Positions 1 through 14,171 of a stretch of DNA of 64,000 nt are shown piece by piece; positions within the stretch are counted from its first letter, which is position 1, and each line of letters starts with the position of its first letter. The notes beneath the pieces were generated by a model. It saw nothing but the letters and a program-made list of their open reading frames with translations, was not told the origin of the DNA and did not search any database. The DNA lies in the NCBI RefSeq assembly GCF_009914755.1, contig NC_060936.1; one strand, 5' to 3'. Source of the DNA: the human T2T-CHM13v2.0 reference genome, Homo sapiens. The translations under genes were made by a program, and so were the position numbers.

Positions 1-128
1 GTCACAAATGAGCTCAACAAAGCTGATACTCCAAAGGTCCCAAAAACTATAGTAAGCTAAAGAAAGTATTTTCAAGCTAGGCTAAAAAATACAAAAACAA
101 AAAACAGCAAAGCCACCCCACTATAAAA

Positions 129-144
129 TACTGCCCCCCAATGG
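129..144 (-). promoter_or_regulatory. CTCF-like motif in IFNG intron 1 (about +1.1 kb)
   Basis: CCATTGGGGGGCAGTA resembles the CTCF core CCACCAGGGGGCGCTA. An intron-1 CTCF/cohesin site is known at this locus. Confidence 0.65.
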
Positions 145-224
145 TACAGGTTTCTATTACATCTACTGTGCCTTCCTGTAGGGTATTATTATACGAGCTT
201 TAAAAGATAGTTCCAAACATGTGC

Positions 225-226
<2 letters not shown>

Positions 227-255
<29 letters not shown>
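227..255 (-). repeat. IFNG intron 1 (CA)n microsatellite with adjacent +874 T/A site (position 254)
   Basis: Plus strand (GT)14G; gene strand ...CAAAATCAAATCA(CA)13C. Position 254 is exactly +874 counting from the ATG and carries A. Confidence 0.93.
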
Positions 256-1013
256 ATTTGATTTTGTGTTGTAAGAATAAAATCAATTGTGAATGTCTGA
301 ATATTATTATGACAGCTATAATTATAACAGCTAAGTTTTAAACAAATAATGAAATATTTAAAATGTAAAAACTTTTCATTAACCATCAATAAAATTTTAA
401 AAGAAACTCAAAAAATTCACTTAAAATTTTTAAACATTCCTTAGCCAGAATCATAATTCTTCCAAAATCCCAGTGAGCAACGAAGTTCCGGAATACTTCA
501 CAAGTAATATAGATAGAGAAGCAGAATGTTGAAATCACTTTTTGGAGAAAATCACCTATCAGTTATTTTTTTAAGCCAAAGCTTTAAGGACCTTTTTGAC
601 TTTAATTTGTAAACATTTCCTATTACCTTTTTAATGCTAATCTTGACCTTAGAGTCTGAGAAGTCAAAAACTAATAACCAATCATTTTTTTCAATCTGCA
701 TACTCCTTGACTATCACAACTGAATGAGTTCCCACCACAAAATTATTAACATCATTATGCTTCATACCCATATTATGCCCATCTTTTGGAAAATTCATAA
801 ATCCCTTTTAAGTCTCTATACAAACTGAGCAGAAGGTTAAAACAATATCTAGATTATTTAGTCAAGGAACTCATCTAGTCAATAATTAACAAAATAACAC
901 CAAATCTCAAAATGACTGCCTACAAGAGATGACAGCCTATCAGAGATGCTACAGCAAGTCGATATTCAGTCATTTTCAACCACAAACAAGTACTATTAAA
1001 AAGTCATACTTAC

Positions 1014-1127
1014 AAAATATTTCTTAAGGTTTTCTGCTTCTTTTACATATGGGTCCTGGCAGTAACAGCCAAGAGAACCCAAAACGATGCAGAGCTGAAA
1101 AGCCAAGATATAACTTGTATATTTCAT
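1014..1127 (-). CDS. IFNG: Interferon gamma, coding part of exon 1 (signal peptide plus start of mature protein)
   Basis: Reverse complement reads ATG AAA TAT ACA AGT ... AAG AAA TAT TTT|gtaagt = [38 protein letters not shown] (38 codons), the human IFN-gamma N-terminus. Canonical donor GTAAGT at 1013-1008. Exons 2-4 are left of the window. Confidence 0.99.
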
Positions 1128-1253
1128 CGTTTCCGAGAGAATTAAGCCAAAGAAGTTGAAATCAGTAGTTCTTGTATCAAGCTGATCAGGTCCAAAGGAC
1201 TTAACTGATCTTTCTCTTCTAATAGCTGATCTTCAGATGATCAGAACAATGTG
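1051..1253 (-). ncRNA. IFNG: IFNG mRNA 5' pseudoknot element (cis-acting PKR activator)
   Basis: Established: about the first 200 nt of human IFNG mRNA fold into a PKR-activating pseudoknot. The sequence shows four GATCA-containing self-complementary blocks in the UTR. Boundaries are approximate. Confidence 0.75.
1128..1253 (-). other. IFNG: IFNG 5' UTR (exon 1), TSS about 1253
   Basis: Minus strand begins CACATTGTTCTGATCATCTGAAGATCAGC, the known mRNA 5' end. It lies 30 nt below TATAAATA and has no upstream ATG. Confidence 0.92.
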
Positions 1254-1540
1254 CTGCACCTCCTCTGGCTGCTGGTATTTATACCTAATTGAAGTCTCCT
1301 GAGGATTACGTATTTTCACAAGTTTTTTAAGATGAGATGGTGACAGATAGGCAGGGATGATAGTTTGTATTAATAACTAAGGTTTTGTGGCATTTGGGTG
1401 TTGTAGTTAGAGTTTCCTTTAGACTCCTTGGGTCCTTTGACGATGAGACAGACCCATTATGCCCACCTGTGCCATTCTGGTGGGATTCTTTGAAGGCACT
1501 TTTACTTCACACCATTCAAGGACTGGAAATTTTTTTGTAC
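1254..1540 (-). promoter_or_regulatory. IFNG: IFNG proximal promoter
   Basis: TATAAATA 1283-1276; TACGTA (SnaBI, the methylation-sensitive CpG near -54) 1307-1312; GATA element AGATAG 1345-1350; TGACG/TGAGACA CRE/AP-1-like 1438-1450; GAS TTCTTTGAA 1486-1494; T-box half-site TCACACCA about 1507-1514; NFAT TGGAAA about 1524-1529. Confidence 0.9.
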
Positions 1541-1796
1541 CTCCCCACTTCGCCCTGGTAAAATGTTGACTCTTCATTCACAAAGCACATTGATCATTTG
1601 CTTGTGGTTGGGAACAAGTGAAAAACGAAATTCTAGGGCCTCTCAAACCTTTACAAAGGGGCAGCCTTTTAAAATTTTTCTTGCAAATGACCAGAAAGCA
1701 AGGAAAGAATGCGGTTAAAAGAACAATTTGGTGAGGAAGTCCTTCATCAGAGTTGGTTAGTAAAATATCTACCACAAGTTTCAAATTGCTCTAGAT

Positions 1797-2462
<666 letters not shown>

Positions 2463-2684
2463 CTCTAAACAATTTATTGTTCCAAATAATCAGTACTAAC
2501 AGAGAATCTTTTTAACTTTTTATTTCTTTGTCTTTCAGATACAAAAAAAAAATAGGATTCTTTCTCCTCCTTTGTAATTTATTTATGAAGTACAACACTT
2601 TGGGATGGCACAAAAAGCCCTCCACTCTTTGGTTCAAACCCACTTTGCATTTCTACCTGTACTGTGTACATAACAGTATTGCAG

Positions 2685-2905
2685 TTATGGGGCAAACTTG
2701 ATTCCTGACTCCTCTACTATCTAGCTATATGATTGTGAGTTAACTTCTTAAATCTTCTATGACTCAGTCTCCTTACCTGTAAAACTGGCTTGATAATAGT
2801 ATCTTCTTCCATGCTTCAGTTGAAAATTAAATCAGGTAATCCTCATAAAGTGCTAGGAATTTTTCCTGGCATATAGTAATCACTAATAAAAGTTTATTAT
2901 TATTT
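2685..2905 (+). mobile_element. MIR SINE
   Basis: Core-like ...CTCAGTCTCCTTACCTGTAAAACTGG...ATAATAGTATC...TAAAGTGCT...CCTGGCATATAGTAA...TAATAAA. Confidence 0.75.
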
Positions 2906-2920
2906 TGGCACATTGGATGA

Positions 2921-3374
<454 letters not shown>

Positions 3375-4761
3375 TTAAAAATTACCATCTCCCTGAGTTT
3401 TTCCAAAATTATCCTCCTTAAAATTAATCTTAGATTCTCTATACAAGTCTTGGTTTATACTTTTCTAAGAGTTCTGTTTCCTCAATCTTGATTGAAGATA
3501 GCTATTCGCGTGTCTTCTGCCATGTTAGATTGAGTTTCTGAAAATCAGAAATTGTTTCATTGCTTTTATGATGGCTTTCTCTTCCCTAAAATATTTTAGC
3601 ATGGAGATTTGCTCATAAAGAGCACTGAATAAATGTAAATTCGAATGCTTGCCTAAGGCTCTCTTTTGAGTTATTTGCCCTCAAATTCTAATTCCGATGT
3701 TATCAGGCCTAACCTGTAAGAAACTAGTTTTTAATTAAATAATATTTATGATTAATGTTAGAAACATGATGCTGTGTCTCTTTAGCCAACACTTGCTGAC
3801 TGCGACAATTTCGTGTATTCTTTTATGTGGGAAAAAAAAGCCAGAAAGCTCTTTGAGGGGCGATCTTCCCAAAGAATAAATAAGATCAAAACATTTATGT
3901 GGAACCAAACCTCATGTTAAGCAAGTGAAGAATGTAAAAATTACATTGTTGCATACAAAGCTCTACTGTTGCTCTGCTCAAGAAAAATTACGTCCAGAGA
4001 ACGTGCTTGCAGGTGGCACAGGGATTTGGGTCAGAGCCTGAGACACTTTGCAGGTTCTCAATACCTTCCAATGCCCAACCTCTGAGTCACTGGAAGGAAT
4101 GTTCCCAACTGTCTGGAAATAAGTAAAAATTAGTTCTGCCTGGTCCTTGATTGCTCCACTGGAATGTAGTACTAGGATTGAGGAGTTAAGAATAGTGGGA
4201 TCCATAAGAGGGAATGATATACTGCCTAGCCACTTGTAAATTGAGAATGCCTATTCAAAATAACAGATTATATTAAGAATATGTTTACAGTGTGGCAACT
4301 GTTTACAAAGAGTAATTACACGGCTAAAATCCAAGCTCTAATAACTCTTGATGGCATGGCCAAGCACAGAATTATGGAATTATAGATTATCTATGGTCAA
4401 CCCCTTACCTTTTAGATTTGTAAATCCAGACCCAGAAAGACAAGTGATGTGCTTAAATTCATTCAACTGGCTAATGCAGAACTGAGTCTAAATCCAAGAT
4501 CTTCCCAAAGAGGATGGAACCCTTAGTCAATCCATCCCCCAATCTATCAATATCCATTGAGATGATTGCATGTACCTCTACGTTAGATATGTGAATTCAA
4601 ATAACTACACCCTATCAGGCTTTAGTTTCTGAGATTTTTTCTTCTGTAGAATTTGTGAGATAGTAATCACACTTTAATTCCTTAAAACATAGTAAGACTG
4701 CAAGTATAATTTGAAATTGTTTCTGAAATATATTTTTGAAATTTTTGCCTAGACATCCCAG

Positions 4762-4938
4762 CCAACCTGACTTCATGGACATGCAACCTGTGCAGTCTGA
4801 CAGGACCCTGAACTTAGAACAGCCCACACTTGGTTTAATGCTCTGTTGTCACTTCCTTGAAATTTCTAATAACTCTTCAAACAAAGGACACACATTTTCG
4901 TTTTGCACTTGTTTCCACAAATTATGCAGCTGGTCCTG
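4762..4938. mobile_element. MER91A-like hAT DNA transposon
   Basis: CTTCATGGACATGCAACCTGTGCAGTC...TTGGTTTAATGCTCTG...TTTTGCACT...CAAATTATGCAGCTGGTCCTG matches the recalled MER91A. 8-bp TSD CATCCCAG/CATTCCAG. Confidence 0.78.
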
Positions 4939-5439
4939 CATTCCAGACTGGCAGTGAAACATCTGCTATTAGATTTTCATCTTTCAACATATGATTCTTT
5001 TGTTCAGAACATTATCACTACAATAAGTATATACGTTTGTGATCTTTTCCTGTCTTGTCAACTTTGCAAACAAAGAAATTTCTCTCTCTTTTCTGCCTGT
5101 AAAACACCTTTTGTTGCACATGCAAACTAGAGGTTTCACACTTTGTTGGTTTGGCCAGTTCTGAGACTGCAGAATAAGTCACCATCAAGATATACTTTAA
5201 AAGTTTTGCAAAGCCATCAGGAGCCAAGGTGTGACCATATTACTAAAACAGAGGGGCTGAAAACTTTCTTTTTTCTTTTCAACTAGACTTTTTTTCTGAA
5301 AACTGGCTATGGTTATACATGACACATCAGCAACATTTCAATCATATCTCATGCTATCCTCAGTCTTAACTGAGTAGGTAGTCAGTAAGCCAAAACTTAC
5401 ACCTTGGTTTCCCTTTTCCTCTGTCATCAGCAGTCACAT

Positions 5440-5700
5440 CCTAGCACTCACAACCAAATTATCTCATCCAGACTTTGGCGTAGATTTCTTCCACTCAATA
5501 TGAGTCAATATTGGATCCATGCCCCCACGCTATTTTGACTTCCGGAACTCCTGACATCATGCAAGCCAAACCTACGGAAGAAGCATGACATACAGAATTA
5601 GAAGTCCACACGGAGTCAGATTTTCCCCGCAATTTGACTCATAAAATCCCGTAAGTTAGAGGAAGATTTTTCTGAATCCCCCCTTTTCTTTTGTGCCTTC
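5440..5700. promoter_or_regulatory. IFNG enhancer CNS-4 / CNS1 (about -4.2 to -4.4 kb)
   Basis: AP-1 TGAGTCA 5501 and TGACTCA 5635; TGACATCA 5552; ETS palindrome TTCCGGAA 5540; NFAT:AP-1 composite GGAAAATCTGACTC (minus, about 5626-5613); seven CpGs. Distance fits the known CNS1. Confidence 0.75.
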
Positions 5701-6796
5701 TGGCCATTTTTGAGGAGTGGTTCAAAGAATATAGAAGGTATGCTACTTACACAGTACAATCATCAGATTACAATATTCTTAATTTTATATCAGATGGGAT
5801 TGTGTATTGATAATCCAGAGATTCATGGTCCTGCTTTGAAGGTTGTATTTTTGTTCCACAAGGAATTTTAATGCACCAAGTGCCAAATACTTCGATTGAT
5901 ATGGGGTTTCCAAAGAAGGATGAAAAGTTCTATTGTGAAAATGTTGGTTTATATCCCAATTTCAATTAATTAATATGTGCTTATTGAATTGAATGCCTAC
6001 TAGATATCCATAGCTTTAGGGGTTACAAAGAAGTTAGCAGTGAGACAATCCGGTAGGAGCATATGTCACCACATTGGAAGCTAGGATTGATTCCTGTTCT
6101 TGTTGCTGAACAGGTAGAATAGGTATCCATATTCCCCACCTTTTCTCCATGTACATCCTCTCCAGGTGGTTCATATCGTTAAGAGGACTTATTATTGGTC
6201 AGAGGGAAATACACACATTGACATATGTATTGTGTTTCCTCCTCCTATACCCAAGGCAGACGTCACTAATCAGTCATGGCATTCCTTTCTATTAAATCCA
6301 GATATCACTGCTGAATCCTTCTCAACACTGAAATCCAGATAGATACTGACTTATTTATATTTCATTGCTTATTTTCCCTATTAGGGCAAAGGTTTACTTG
6401 TTGTTATGCCTCTTAGATCCTCCATATGGGTTCATTCAACTTACAAAGAAGTAAAAGGCATAATCTCTTCCTCCAAGAAAATTAGTATTGGGGGAAAACG
6501 TAACAATCCATGAAGTAATATAAGGGAAAGAACTTTGGCCTAAGAGAAAGGAGTCCCAAATTCTGGTCCTGTGTCTGCAAGTGATGTGAGATTTTGAACA
6601 AAGCCTTTACCCATGCCTCATATTTAACCACATCATCTTTAAAATGAAGACTTAACTCTAAATGAACTCTAAGTTTCCTTCTATTCTTAATATCCTACAT
6701 TTCTATGATTGTGATTTATGAGGAATATAAGACATTACTAAGGACTAAGGTTGCAAGAAGTAAAGACTCCAACAGACTTAGAAATTCAGAGAAATC

Positions 6797-7164
<368 letters not shown>

Positions 7165-7899
7165 TCAGAAAAAATCATTGTCTGAATGGTGGAAAAGTTG
7201 GGAAATTTTACCCATCACTTGAGTTTTTAATTTAATTTGAATTTGAGCTTTGAATTGGAATTGAATTTTTAAACATACATACAATTTGTAGGAATAATAC
7301 TTCACAGCTTGTACTTAAACCTTCAGGTCATGTGCTTTTTTACCCCAGTGATCTCAAGAAATGAGTTGTCCTCAGGGTAGCCCCTGAAATGGCAATGGCA
7401 TGAGGCTTTGAAAACTTGTATATTTTTCCAATGGAAACTTACTCCTGTATCTCTCATGATAAAAGTTCTATACAGCAGACTGGCAGGTTCACGTTCTCTC
7501 CTATGCTACCTGGCAGAGGAATTCTGAGTCCATGATGAGCCAATAAATAAGTTTCTTTTCTCACCAGTGTTTAACCTGTCATTATTACCATGTCACCAAT
7601 CCCTGAACCAATTTAAGAAGTATCAGAATTAAATTCCCATCCATTGATTTTTTCAAATGGAAATATTTTTTAATGGTTGTAAAATTATGTGGGATCTTTT
7701 AAATAAAAAAAAAAACAGAAAATACAGAACAGCATAAGAAAAGAAAAAAATCACCTATGATTTCACTTTCCACAGGTAAATATAGTTAGCTTTTGGAGAC
7801 AAAGTATTTCATTATTTTTTTCTACCTACATAACACAGTGCCTGGCACAAAATTTTTTCCCAATAAACTTCTGTGGATTAACGAAATATGAGCCAAAGT

Positions 7900-8150
7900 G
7901 ATTTAATGATTAAGTTCAAAGGCTCCGGAGTCAGGCTGTGTGTGTTCAATCATGACTTTGCTCCTTACTGTCTTGTCTATTATTAATGCATTACTTAACT
8001 TCTCTGGGTATCACTTTCCTCGTCTGTAAAAAGGTGATATAAATAATAACTGTCTCAAAAGATTTCATGAGTATAAATTATGTCAACATGTGTAATAGTG
8101 CAATGCCTTGCATGTGGTAAGAGCTCATTAAATGCACAGTCATTATTACT
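7900..8150 (+). mobile_element. MIR SINE
   Basis: GGCTCCGGAGTCAGGCTG...TTACTTAACTTCTCTGG...TTTCCTCGTCTGTAAAAAGG...CTCATTAAATG. Confidence 0.75.
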
Positions 8151-8223
8151 AGTGGCTTCCAATATTCAGATTCAGTCTCCTCCTAGCAAATGGAATAAGA
8201 TACTTCACGGCCTCTTTCAATTA

Positions 8224-8325
8224 AATGGTATCTTGTGACTTTTTTCTGGCCAATCTACTCTAAGTAATGACAGACATTACTTTGGATTAGAGTAGATTGG
8301 CCAAAAAAAGTCATGAGATACCATT
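8224..8325. repeat. Long near-perfect inverted repeat (fold-back) inside an MLT1-like LTR remnant
   Basis: Arm 8224-8263 pairs with 8287-8325 (37 WC pairs, 2 TG/TG positions, 1 bulge). Inner GTAATG/CATTAC stem closes a 5-nt loop. Confidence 0.9.
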
Positions 8326-9099
8326 CTGGGCCAAGGCCAAAGAAAGCCCCTGAGAATCCTTCCAGCTCTCTCTTCCCTTGCTGCAGTAATGATAAGGGTC
8401 ACATGTTTTGAGGACACGAAACATGGCAGATAGAATACATGCTACCTCTACATTCTTTCAGAATCCGTAAGACAAAAATAACAACATAAAAGGCTATAAA
8501 GCCTCAACAACAAAAAAAGCCAAAAGCAAATGAGAAATGTCAATGAAGTTATGGAAGATGGAAAGAAGATGAGCAAGTGGTGAGTAACTTCAACTTTAGA
8601 TTTCTCCACTTCGGCAAGTACCAAGTAGAGGAAATTTAGTTCACACTGCAGATTAGTAGAAAACTCAGGAATTGTGTTATTAATCACTTCTGAAGAAGGA
8701 AGTTCAGGGTGGGATTGAAAATAAGACAATTGGTTGAAAAATGTATATAAGATGTAGTTAGATCCCTCGTATCCCACTTAGCCACACCACTGCCCCCGTA
8801 TACCTGTTTGAAGACTGGAAGTTTACCTTCCAGCAAGGTTCTGGATATCTTCTGGATATTTAGCATAGCTGAGAAGGAAGTAAGTACCTTCATAAGGTTT
8901 GGATTTATTTGAAAGTCATCATACTGAGCAGTGAGAACACGAGGCTTCCAGAATGCTTACTATCAGGCTTATATTCCTAGTGTCTAGGAAATTGCCAAGC
9001 CTAAAAGAAAAGATGTACTAATGTGGGGTTCCTGCCAGTGAAACCCACCAGTTTCAAGTATCACCCTACTAAGAGGCTTGTAAGTCAGGAAGTCCAATC

Positions 9100-10960
<1,861 letters not shown>

Positions 10961-10969
10961 GTTATAAGC

Positions 10970-11592
10970 CTTGTGGTATTTGGAACATCTGGGAGTCCCC
11001 AAAGCCACCTTCATTTCTGACACCAGCTGAAAGTTTGGAACCAGCCCCAGGTTCAATAATTCACTAGAAGGACTCATAGAACTAAGAAAAACCATTATAC
11101 TCATGATTATGGTTTATTACAGCAAAAGAATACAGATTAAAATCAGCAGAGGAAAGAGGTCCATAGGGCAGGGCTCAGGAGCACTCCATGCTTAGAGCTT
11201 CCAGTCATTCTCTACCAGTAGAGAAGTGGACAGTGCTAACTTTTCCCAGCCATGATGTGTGACAATATACACAGAGTACTGCAGACTAGGGGAGCTTACT
11301 TGAGTCTTGCTGTCCGGAGACTTTATTGAGCTTGGTCACATAGACAAGATTGACACCTGTATGATTGACTTTGGTCTCTAGCCCTTTCAGAGGTCAATTT
11401 GATACTTTGTGGCCCAAGGCTCCCACCATAGATCACATTGTTAGCATAGATTATGTCGCAGGGCTTAAGGCCTCTAGGAAACCAAAGACACTCTTATCAG
11501 GCAGGACATTCCAAGGGCATAGAGGTTACATCCCCAGTGTTGGAGACAAAGACCAAACCTCTCTTCGGATGAAGTTAATCCTGTACTGCATA
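10970..11592. mobile_element. MER21-family LTR
   Basis: CACTAGAAGGACTCATAGAACT...ATGGTTTATTACAGCAAAAGAATACAGATTAAAATCAGC is characteristic of MER21. Confidence 0.75.
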
Positions 11593-11756
11593 ATATTCCT
11601 TTATTTTTTCCCTTTTAAACTGTTTGTTCTGCTATAACTTTTTTATGATTACCTCATGCTCAATTGGCAAATAAGAAAATGATGTTGATAAAATGTGGAA
11701 TTATTTTTGGTTTATACTAGATTTTTCCCAGCATGTTAATGTTTTAAGACAACCAA

Positions 11757-12061
<305 letters not shown>

Positions 12062-13769
12062 AAGACAACCAAACATATGTCTTCTCACATTTAGGAAAAA
12101 GCCTTAGCAATATTTGAAGACCTTTTTAAAAAGTCAAAAGTTATAGAAGTGTTTTACTTTAATACCAGTAGTAATTGGTTTAGTGGATTCAAGAATTGCT
12201 AAATTTCCACTATCTGGGAAGCAGCAAGTGCAGATGAAGGAACTTTTCCTCCTGTATAAAATCAATGGATTAATGAAAATGGCTGTACCTCAGGTGGAAT
12301 TTTTAATCGGAATCAAAATGTTCTCTACCAGAAACACATGTCCTCAGGCCCTACATCTCAAAAGAGGAAGCAGCAGTCCAAATTACCAGGCTGCAAAGAA
12401 TGGATTCACTATGATGACTGGCGGAAATTCCCAAGAGATTTTTAAATGCCTGGTTTTGGTTAGGACTTTTGTTGCTTTTGTTAATGCTCTGAGTATAAAG
12501 TTTGAGAAGTATTGAATGGAATGTCCCAACTATAGTTGTCTCCATAGGCCTTGTTATTTTTAGTCTTAGGTTTTGCAGAACCTATATGTTATAATTTCCC
12601 AAATTAGGAAAGGCCATTATTAGTCAAGCAATATCTAAACTGAAGACCCTAACCTTAATGTAAAGACTGCAAAAGTCAAAAAAAATTTTAATAAATCTGG
12701 ATTTGGCTCCAGTAAAACGGAGCTTAGGAATAAGTGTGTGTGCAGCTAAAGATTTCTATCAGCAAAAATAATGGTGCCTCATAGTAATTAACAGCTGCCA
12801 CAGTGCTTTATATGCACCATCTCATTTAATTATGACAACCATCCAAAGAAGACAAATTTATTTTTGTTTTATAGAGGAGAAAAATGAGTCTCAGAAAATA
12901 AGCAACTTATCCAAAGTCACTGGCCTAGTAAGTGATAAAGCTGGGTGTGGCTAAGTTCACTGTTGATGCTCTTAACCACTCAGCTGCAACCAGCCTAGCT
13001 ACTGCTCTCTAATTTGCTCCTGAAAGCTTAACGTGCCTAATATTATATCATTAAAATTATTTGTGCACATATATGAAAAAACAAATCTGACTAATTTTAG
13101 CTGAAAGGTAACATTTAATGAAGGCATATGGAGGAGCTCATGGATGGAAGACATAGCTGAGGAACCACGTTCAATACAGACAATCTACCAGGCAATCCCA
13201 GAAGGTCTCTGCCGCAGAAACTACTCAGCCCTTCTGCAGAGCACCATGCAGGAACAAATTGGTAAATTCCAATGCTTTTGTTCTTATCTTTGTACCACTC
13301 TGCTCCAGAATCAAACCCTAGAAAGTGAGTCTAATGAACACGGATGAGTTGACTGCCTGCTGGCATTAATCCTACAGTGCTGAGTAAAAAAAAACTGGTA
13401 GAAGGACCCTCTAGGTATCCTTTGGATTTCATGATGAGGTACAGGCAACCCCATGTGCCAGATTTACCAATCCAACCTGACCAAACATATTGAAGGTAAT
13501 GAGATTCAAAAAAGAAAAAAAAAAGAACAAAACAAAACAAAAAAACTAGATTGTCATTAAAATGAGGGCAGATGTTTTTTTGGCAAAACAGAGAAAAAAA
13601 TGACCTCAACAGGGACGTTCAGAAGCACTCTTGAAATGACAAAACCCTCAGTGGAATTTATAGCATAACTTTCTTTTTAATATTCCATTTCTGGGTCAAT
13701 CCTTGATCCTGTTAACACTTTAATAAGCAGCAACAAAGAGAGGCATCACTGCAGAGACTGTGCAGATAC

Positions 13770-14130
13770 TAAATCAGCTTATGTACATTCTGTCTAGGAA
13801 GACTTTCGGAACAGAGGCTGGCTTGCTGTTCATCAAATTTATTTGTGAGTTCTAGCCCATGGAATGTGAGTGGAAGTGATGTGTGCCATCCTCCATGGGC
13901 CATCTTCCATGTTTCTTCTCTGTTGACCAACTTGATACGAACATGCACAGTGACCTCACAGTCCAAGTATTGAAGATGATGAAGATGGTGGAGCCACAGG
14001 ATGAAAGGATCCTGGTCCTGCTTAGAGAAGAGATAGCTCCTGTTCTGTTACATCTATTTTTGACTTTACATGAGCAAAAAGTAAACTTCTATTAGGTTTA
14101 AGCCATTTTACATTTTAATATAGCTACTGA
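13770..14130 (+). mobile_element. MLT1-family (MaLR) LTR remnant
   Basis: TTCTAGCCCATGGAATGTGAGTGGAAGTGATGTGTGCCA ... AAACTTCTATTAGGTTTAAGCCA, typical of old MLT1 LTRs. Confidence 0.6.
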
Positions 14131-14171
14131 AACCTCGCATCTTGACTACAGCTTTTATGTAAATAAGAAAT

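Larger units (their letters stand above)
1..1013 (-). other. IFNG: IFNG intron 1 (partial)
   Basis: Follows the exon 1 donor. No exon 2 sequence (NAGHSDVADNG) appears before the window edge. Confidence 0.93.

Noticed and set aside
12183-12515. 110-aa ORF in non-Alu DNA
   Set aside because: Starts at GTG, has no recognisable domain or splice context, and its length is within chance expectation.
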